A stretch of 64,000 bases of DNA from Gordius albopunctatus (Eukaryota): contig OZ193909.1 in NCBI GenBank assembly GCA_964276515.1, forward strand, positions 3,348,001 through 3,412,000, read 5' to 3'. Under the pieces are notes generated by a model. That model searched no databases, had not been told where the DNA came from, and saw nothing but the letters and a program-made list of their open reading frames with translations. Position numbers and translations under genes: made by a program. This document shows, piece by piece, positions 56,801 to 64,000 of this stretch (positions are counted from its first letter, which is position 1; each line of letters starts with the position of its first letter).

Positions 56801-56949
56801 CATGGGCGTGGCCAAGAGGGGGGGGGGCAGGGAAGGGCGGCTCCCCCCCCTTTAAATCCCAAAATTTGGCTAAAATTTCAAAAAATGATTATTTTGCCTT
56901 TCCCTAAATCATTAATGCCCCTCTCTGAAATCCACTGGCTACGCCCATG
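56801..56949. mobile_element. hAT-type MITE family 1 copy
   Basis: catgggcgtggccaag ... ctggctacgcccatg. Confidence 0.75.
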
Positions 56950-57211
56950 GCAATACATATTCATTATAGAATCGATTAAGCTCATAGTTTAATAAGTTGA
57001 TTGCATTTTTTCGGGTTGGGTAGAAAGGGAGTAACTTTGCAGCCTTGAGCTTGTAACTAAAAATCAAAGCCTTATTAGTTACAACAACAATTAGCGAAGA
57101 CTACGTTTTGAGACCTTATTGAACAATTTAATCTAAGGGGCAAGTTTTAGTTAAAAAATAATTAACCTTGCAATGATGGGCTTTATTGGGATAGTAAAGA
57201 AATGGGTTTCT

Positions 57212-57549
57212 TCATTTTTTGTTGGATAATTTGTAAGGATTGGGGACCAAAGGTTGTAAGGTGATTGTCGCAATGGAACAAAAAATTATAGTGTTGTTAA
57301 TTTCCGAGTAATTTGAAATTTTCAGTGTCTCCTCAACTAAAGACAGGGCATCTATGTCGTGATTATAAGGGGCAAATGCGTTAGTAAATGTATACTCCCA
57401 TGCTAAACTGAGTCCTTTTTCCCAAGCGCCTATAATTTGGCCATCAGAGGGCCGTTTGTTATTTTCACAAGGGCCTGTGGGTGCAAGAATAGAAGGGAAA
57501 CCAGCTTTAGTAAATCGTTTCTTACAAGAGAGAAAATCGGCATTACTAT
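57212..57549 (-). other. Candidate orphan coding exon or pseudo-exon, product unknown
   Basis: Open frame of about 110 codons after a tctatttacAG acceptor, with globular-looking composition and higher GC than flanks; no family recognised. Confidence 0.25.
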
Positions 57550-57955
57550 CTGTAAATAGAATTGCATAACAATATCTCAATGTTTTCAAAATAATAATTA
57601 TAATTCTTAACTTTTTATAAATTTATTTCTTTCATCTTCACAAATTATGTATAGTATGCTTTTAAAAAACAATAAATGATTGGTATATAAATCGGCTCTA
57701 TTTTACGGTATAAATAGAACTATATATTCATAAAGGGAACTAAAACGGCTTTATGAAATTTGCAGCTATTTTAATTGCCATCATAGGTATGCAAGAAGAT
57801 CTGATCGTTCTTTGTTCTCTTCGATTCACATTTAAAGGAGCTTGTTATTAAATTTTTCTCACATGATTTTTTGAGGTAGATATATACCTACAGATAATTA
57901 TTCCTTTCATTCAATTTCACATTTAGTAATTAAAATTACAAGCAAACAATACTCA

Positions 57956-58100
57956 CATGGGCGTAGCCAAGGGCGGGGGGGGGGGCAGGCAGGGGCGGCT
58001 GCTCCCCTCTAAATCAAATTTGTTGAATAAAGTAATGGCTAAAATTTCAAAAAATATCATTATTGCCCCCCTCCTAATTCCAATACTGGCTATGCGCATG
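57956..58100. mobile_element. hAT-type MITE family 1 copy
   Basis: catgggcgtagccaag ... ctggctatgcgcatg; flanks aatactca / aatagtca. Confidence 0.75.
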
Positions 58101-58717
58101 AATAGTCAAGCTTAAAAATAAAAATGCAATTAATAATATTCGAGAAAATGTCGTTTTTTAACACCGATTTTTAGAGCCGCCCTCGCAATTTTTCCTTGCC
58201 CTTTTTTATTCTTGGCTCAAAATAATAGCATAATATGGTTTTTATCAATTATACGTAGAAAAAAATTTATTTGTAGTCCCAAAAAAATTACAATACAAGA
58301 ACGAACCTTTAAATGGAAGTGGAAAAGAAACGGAAAACAATAAAAGTAAAAAGGATACCGAATGTTTAGACGGGGGGGGGGGATCTTTCCCAAAACATGT
58401 AATGTAGAAATTTATCAAAATCCAATATAATTCCATTTTAGTAAAGCAATGTATACATTATATTAATATAAGTAATAACATCCAAACTATTTATTAATCC
58501 AATTTAGGTATAATAAAAACCATATAATACAAGCGCAAATAATTTCAATTAATGGGCCTAACACGCTAATTAACATAACAATGACGAGCATTTGAAAATA
58601 TTCTACAATGAAATAAAATCAAACAACTATAGGTATACATTTAAATAACTATTCACAATGGCGTTGTTGCGTTGATCAAATAACATTCAAGTATAAATTT
58701 AAGAAATTAGGCGACGC

Positions 58718-61700
58718 TCAAAACCCGATAATATCGTTTAAATCATCGTACAAAGCTTGGGATTTTCGAGAGGTTGAAGCGGCTTTATTACAATCTCTTT
58801 TTTGTGAGCTATCTTCGTCAGAATCGAAAACATTTATTTTTTTAGTTGGTGATTTACTAATTGATCTAGTCTTTACTCTTCTCCCAACCTTAGGTAAAAT
58901 CTCTGTAGAATCATTGGAAAGTTTTCTTCGTTTAACTGTTTTTTTCGTCTTATCAGAGTTTTTACCCTTATTTTTTAAGGGTTTCTCGTTATTTTCGGGT
59001 TCAGCGTCTGTATTATTAAAGTTTATACTCTTCTTTTTTATAAATTTCTCGTTATTTTCCGGTTTTTCGACATCGGATTCAGAATCTGTCAAAGTATCAT
59101 CGCTTGACCCTACCCTGGAAGACCTTAAAGAGGAATCAGTATGATTTTCTACTTCTGCATCATCTTCTGCATTGCTCGACGCTCGTTCATTTATTTCATT
59201 GTCCAAAGATTCGTAGTTTACTTTGAACGGCGACGACTTGGAGTTTTTCATGATGGAACTCAGTTTGCTATTAGCCTTGAAAGCTTTCTTGGGTGACTTG
59301 TTAAGTGTATTGACTTTTCGAACTTTTCTCCTCTTTTTCAATTCGTTCAAGGCATCTTTTTCATCTACGTCTACACATTGAAAAACATAAAATTAATGAT
59401 ATTAATAATAACTTTGTATACGTTAATTATTTATAAAAATTTAATATGTGTTTAAAAAAAGGGCAAAAAGTATAAATAAATAAGTTTGGCATCCAAATTT
59501 TAGCTTAAAGTAGAGGTATCCGAGGGAAAAAAATTTTATCCATCCGATCCGAGTATTTTAAAATATAAACCCGATCCGAGTTTTTCAAAATCTAAATCCG
59601 ATCCGAAATTTTTAAATTAAAATTTCACGAACATAACTTTTTATTGATGATTAAATTCAAAATACATAAAAATAAGGTATAGCAATTTTAATAGACCTGA
59701 AATAAATATAAAATTTTATTTGACTAATTCCATATTATCATATAAAAATAATAAATAATCTCGTTAACGATTGAAAACGGTCGAATATCTTTTGAAATAA
59801 AATAAATTAGATGCTTATCAAAAAAGAATTTTAATTTTGTGATTTCAGCGAGAGGTTTGGTAACAAATTTGTCAATTGTATTTTTAGCTGAAGTTTTTGG
59901 AATACATTTATGATGCAAAAGATGGGAACTACCTCGAATGGAATTATATGTGTAGATATGATGGCATTTCTTGCAGATAACATAACCGGTGTATGTATCA
60001 TTCTCATTTATTTATAAGGTCAAAGTAAATCCAAATTTGACTTTTTCCGTCTTCTTTTTTAACTTGTTGAAGCATTATTTCTTTTAATTTTTTTTATTAT
60101 TACTTCCATGACGGTTTTTCTTTTTAATATGATAAACAATAGAAAGGATCTACGCGTGTGCTTTAAGGAAAGGGGAGATTGTGATTGATGATTTTCGGAG
60201 TTGAGATAGAAAGAGATGCGTGTGCTAAAAAGGAAACGGGAGATGCTGATTTATCATTGACACTAGCTCCTTTCTCGCCAAACAAGAAAGTCTGGCTAGG
60301 GGAAAACGCTAAGGAAATACTGATAAATATGTTGGGGTAAGTAAGGTGGTATTGGGCATCAAAAATGGTAAAGTAAAAAAAGAATGCAAAGATAATTATG
60401 AAAACGTATACTAAAAATTATTAATTTAATTAATTAGAACTTATTATTGTTAATTTTAAATGTGAAAATCCGATCCGATCCGACTAAAATAAAATATTGA
60501 TCCGATCCGACTTCCAAAATTAAAATGTTGATTCGATCCGATCCGGAGCGACCAAAAAAATAACATGACCCATTATAAATATAGCATAAAAGTATTCAAA
60601 TTAATAAAAATTATTTCTGTAAGTTTTGTAATTAAGTGCAAAACAAATTTATAAGAGCAACAATAAACCTGCAGGAACTAAATGTATTTACACTGTCATA
60701 AATTTAAGGCGAATTTTAATAACTTTTAAACTTCTTACTAAACGTATAGCTAATTTAAATTATAAATTAAGTATTTGGTAAAGTGTTAAAAGATCTTTTC
60801 AATATATTATTTTTTAAGAACACCCCCATGGGCGTAGGCAGGGGGGGGCGGCCGCCCCCCCCCTGAATGAGAATTTTTCTATTTTTTAATGTAAATTTAT
60901 GTAAAAATTGGAAAAAATTAGTGTTTCGCCCCCCCCTGATTGAAATTAAGTTTTATGTTGAAAATTTTATTTGACGACCTTTTGACGCAAATTTAAATTA
61001 TATAAGAATTAAATATTGAGATTAGTAGTTGCGTTTGTGTTAGTTCCTTCATACATCGTTTACATATCCTCTGTACACTGTACTGTTGATTAATAATGAG
61101 TTTTTATGTGGGTTGAGGCCAAAGAATAGCAAAATATTTTAATTACTAACGTAAATACCAAAAAAGGTCTTGGCGGCGACCTTTTTTTTTTTTTTTGCTC
61201 TCACTTAGTCTCGGCGATTTTTTTTGCTCGCCCCCCCCCCTGATCCGAAAGCTGGCTACGCCCATGAACACCCCCTTGAAATATTAGTATGTATCCAAAT
61301 CAAATTATAATCTAAAGGAGATAATTAAATTTGCAACTTATCTGACACTTAAATTGTTAGAAATCAATCTTAATTTCTGATGTCATATAATATTTCTGGA
61401 AAAATATAATCTTTTTTATATTTGATAACATAAAAAAGTAAATAGCCAAACTCAGAGTATATTATCTTTACAATACATAAATACATCATTTTACTTATTA
61501 TAGGAATTGGTAAGTCAAATAAAAAGTTCATTGCAGGTATATAAGATTTTAAGGCATTTTTTATTTGTAAATTGCTGACAGCTTATGAATAAAAAAAGGC
61601 CTTTTAAAATATCATCACCAAAATTACCTAGACAAATTATTTCACAAATTAATAAGTTATTAGGTAAATATTTTGACCTAAAAATGTAGATCTAAAATAG

Positions 61701-62763
61701 ATTTGCAATTTTTTTGAGATTCTCATTCATAAATTCAGTTAAAGCAATATTTGTATAATTTATTAAGGAAAAATTTGTTACACTACATAATTTTTAAATT
61801 TAATTCAAATCAAATACAATTTTGTATATTGTAAAATTTGGATAAGTTATATATTAAACATACATATCCATTTATATTAAACGAGGCAAATAGCAACTTG
61901 ATTTAAATGATATAAATATAAAATAATTATACCTGTATTATCAAGTGATTTGATTTTTAGTTGATGTTCTAGCTCTTTAATTCTCAGTTTCTTTGCATTT
62001 AACAATAAAGCAAATTTTGAATATATTTCCTCTTGTGCTACATTCTCATTTGGCTTGTCTTTGTTCTATTTCAAAATAAAATATTGTTTATTTGCCAATT
62101 TCTTAACCAGACCATATAGTATGATACATATAAAATAATAATTATTATACTCTAATAATGAAATGATCCACTATAACTTTTTAAATTACATTAAAGCCTG
62201 ACAACTTGTTCTGCGAACATCTTTTAAGATTAGCAGTCAAAGTCAGTGTAATTGATATTAATTCATCAATTAATTTCTTTGCTATATCCTCATTACACAA
62301 GGCTTTATTAATCTTTTTAGGTTTTATTGTAACAGAGCCTAAAGTAAGCTGTAAGAGTGTAAGATAAAAAAAAACTATTACGGTAATATTATTAGGTAGT
62401 TTGGTTTTCCAGGTAAACTATTTGAAAATATTAAGAGTTATTATAAAATTTACCTGGAGCTCCCCATTTGTTACCCTTTCAAACACATATTTATGATCTT
62501 GGTTACTTTCTAATAATGCTCCATGACAAATTTTTAAATAATCTTCAAGGGACAAACCTGTGGACTTACAAAATTTTTGTACCTCATTTTCCCTAACTAA
62601 ATTAATTTACTTTTTCTCGCGTTTTTTTACTTTTAGTTTCCCAAATAGAATTCAGATCACTTATATAAATCTCAATTAAAATGGGCTCTTTCTTCCAAAT
62701 GCTTGATACATAATATGAATCATTATAATCTTTGATTTTAAAAATCGCTGATTCGCTAAGCAT
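58718..62763 (-). CDS. XRCC4: XRCC4-like NHEJ DNA repair protein, 6 coding exons, about 418 aa
   Basis: Exons 62763-62631, 62596-62454, 62417-62382, 62348-62190, 62065-61933, 59370-58718 join in phase (1257 nt). Product: head domain IEIYISDLNSIWETKIRENEV..EDYLKICHGALL..YVF..FTWK..LTLGSV..LIDELI, then EEIYSKFALLLNAKKLRIKELE (compare the XRCC4 ligase IV-binding helix LYKRFILVLNEKKTKIRSL), then a disordered K/S/D/E-rich tail. Confidence 0.8.
59510..60570 (-). mobile_element. Internally deleted hAT element with transposase relic (BED finger plus Hermes-like DNA-binding segment)
   Basis: Minus-strand translation of about 60110-59760 (with frameshifts) gives GKSQIWIYF..GYVICKKCHHIYTY..GSSHLLHHKC..FISKDIRPFSIV; ATCCG/GATCC subterminal repeats at 59515-59610 and 60465-60550. 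Confidence 0.75.
60827..61266. mobile_element. Young hAT-type non-autonomous element (440 bp) in the XRCC4 last intron
   Basis: Same TIRs and body as 50088-50561; perfect 8-bp TSD AACACCCC (60819-60826, 61267-61274). Confidence 0.93.
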
Positions 62764-62958
62764 ATGATATACACAAATTCAGACCTAGGCTACATATTCT
62801 ACTTTTTGATGGTTTATTATATAAGAATCATGAAGACGCTTTGCTTAACACTTCAGAGTAGTGATGGGAAAACGCTTAGCACTAGCGCGCTTGGCATCTC
62901 ACCACTGATGGGAGTAGCCTATGTCTATTAGCACATAGTCACTTTGAGTGCTATAAGC

Positions 62959-63105
62959 CATGGGCGTAGCCAGGTTTTGGATTAGAGGGGGTGGGGGGGG
63001 GGGCAAAACGTTTAAAAGTTCAATTAGGGGGGGTGGGGCAAAACTTAAATTTTTTTCCTTCATTTAGGGGGTGGGGCAGCCGCTCTCCCCCCGACTACGA
63101 CCATG
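62959..63105. mobile_element. hAT-type MITE family 1 copy nested in an older GCTA/TAGC-rich element (about 62860-63250)
   Basis: catgggcgtagccagg ... cgactacgaccatg; perfect TSD CTATAAGC (62951-62958, 63106-63113). Confidence 0.85.
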
Positions 63106-63879
63106 CTATAAGCTATAGGAGATGGGAGGTTTAAGGCGCTAAAGCTATGGGAGGTTTGAGGTGCTATAAGCTATAGGATATGAGAGGTTCGAGGCGCTAA
63201 AGCTATAGCTGATAGCACTTAAATGCGCTAGAGCTATAGCACGGCGCTAAAATTGATAATAATTTTTTTAATTGTTTATTAGATATTAAAATACATCTTT
63301 TGTGTGCCACCACCCTTTCTCTGTGAAAATATAATTTTTTTGCCCTATCTCACCTCACCATCTAACTACTACTTAATTAAGTGTATGACTTTAATTTAAA
63401 TATTTTGCATTGCTTCTACATTTATTTTATCAATAACTAGCCCTTCCCCCCCCCCCACCTCTTGCAATGGATAAAATAGAATATTTTAAAATTCTACCTT
63501 TCGCATCCAAATAGATGCGATTTACGATATAAGGATACGATTTAAGAATTGGAGGGGGTGTCAGGAATATAAGGTAAGAATTGAGGAAGATAGGGGGATA
63601 TATTGGGCCGGTGGTAGGATAAACCTTGCCTCCCCCAAAGGGAGACTTCTATTATTTTCTCTACATCTTTATTATACTAAAAACTACGTAAAAATCACAC
63701 AATAAAATAATGATTGAAAAAATCAAACAACTCTCAATACAGTACGTACGTTGTGTATAAAATTCAATGATGCGTGTTCGTGTTGATCAATAATCATATA
63801 TGGGGGAAAGAAATAACAAACACGTATAAGCGCGGGGGGGGGGAAGTAACACACACGTAAGTAAAATTAAATGTAAAGG

Positions 63880-63920
63880 AAAAGACGTGTATGAAAAGAC
63901 GTGTATGAAAAGACGTGTAT
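63880..63920. repeat. 14-bp minisatellite, 3 copies
   Basis: gaaaagacgtgtat repeated three times. Confidence 0.9.
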
Positions 63921-64000
63921 ACTCCAGTATACCACACTACCTAAGGAAATTAATTAAATATTTAGGAGATATGACTGTTTTCATATTAATAAGATTTCAT

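Noticed and set aside
58718..59350. K/S-rich ORF as a stand-alone single-exon gene
   Set aside because: Listed start is TTG; a phase-compatible acceptor at 59371 links it to upstream XRCC4-like exons.

Overview
AT-rich, intron-containing animal (invertebrate-like) genomic DNA; no prokaryotic features or CRISPR. Four spliced protein genes can be reconstructed by hand: a BICRA/GLTSCR1-family gene (+, 8820-11643), a metabotropic glutamate receptor-like class C GPCR (+, 14339-30265), a very large ONECUT (CUT + homeodomain) gene (-, 48747-34255) and an XRCC4 homologue (-, 62763-58718) whose conserved part is invisible in the ORF track because of tiny exons and introns. The rest is dense transposon sequence: six RTE-clade LINE pieces, about 20 copies of a hAT-type MITE family with 8-bp TSDs, a hAT transposase relic, a Helitron and a DINE-1/HINE-like Helentron carrying a tandem array. 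Most notable: 33-40 nt spliceosomal micro-introns with very weak 5' splice sites, and a GPCR with a ~250-aa second intracellular loop, eroded coupling motifs and an altered glutamate pocket. All gene models are manual inferences from reading frame, phase and motif conservation; no database searches were run.
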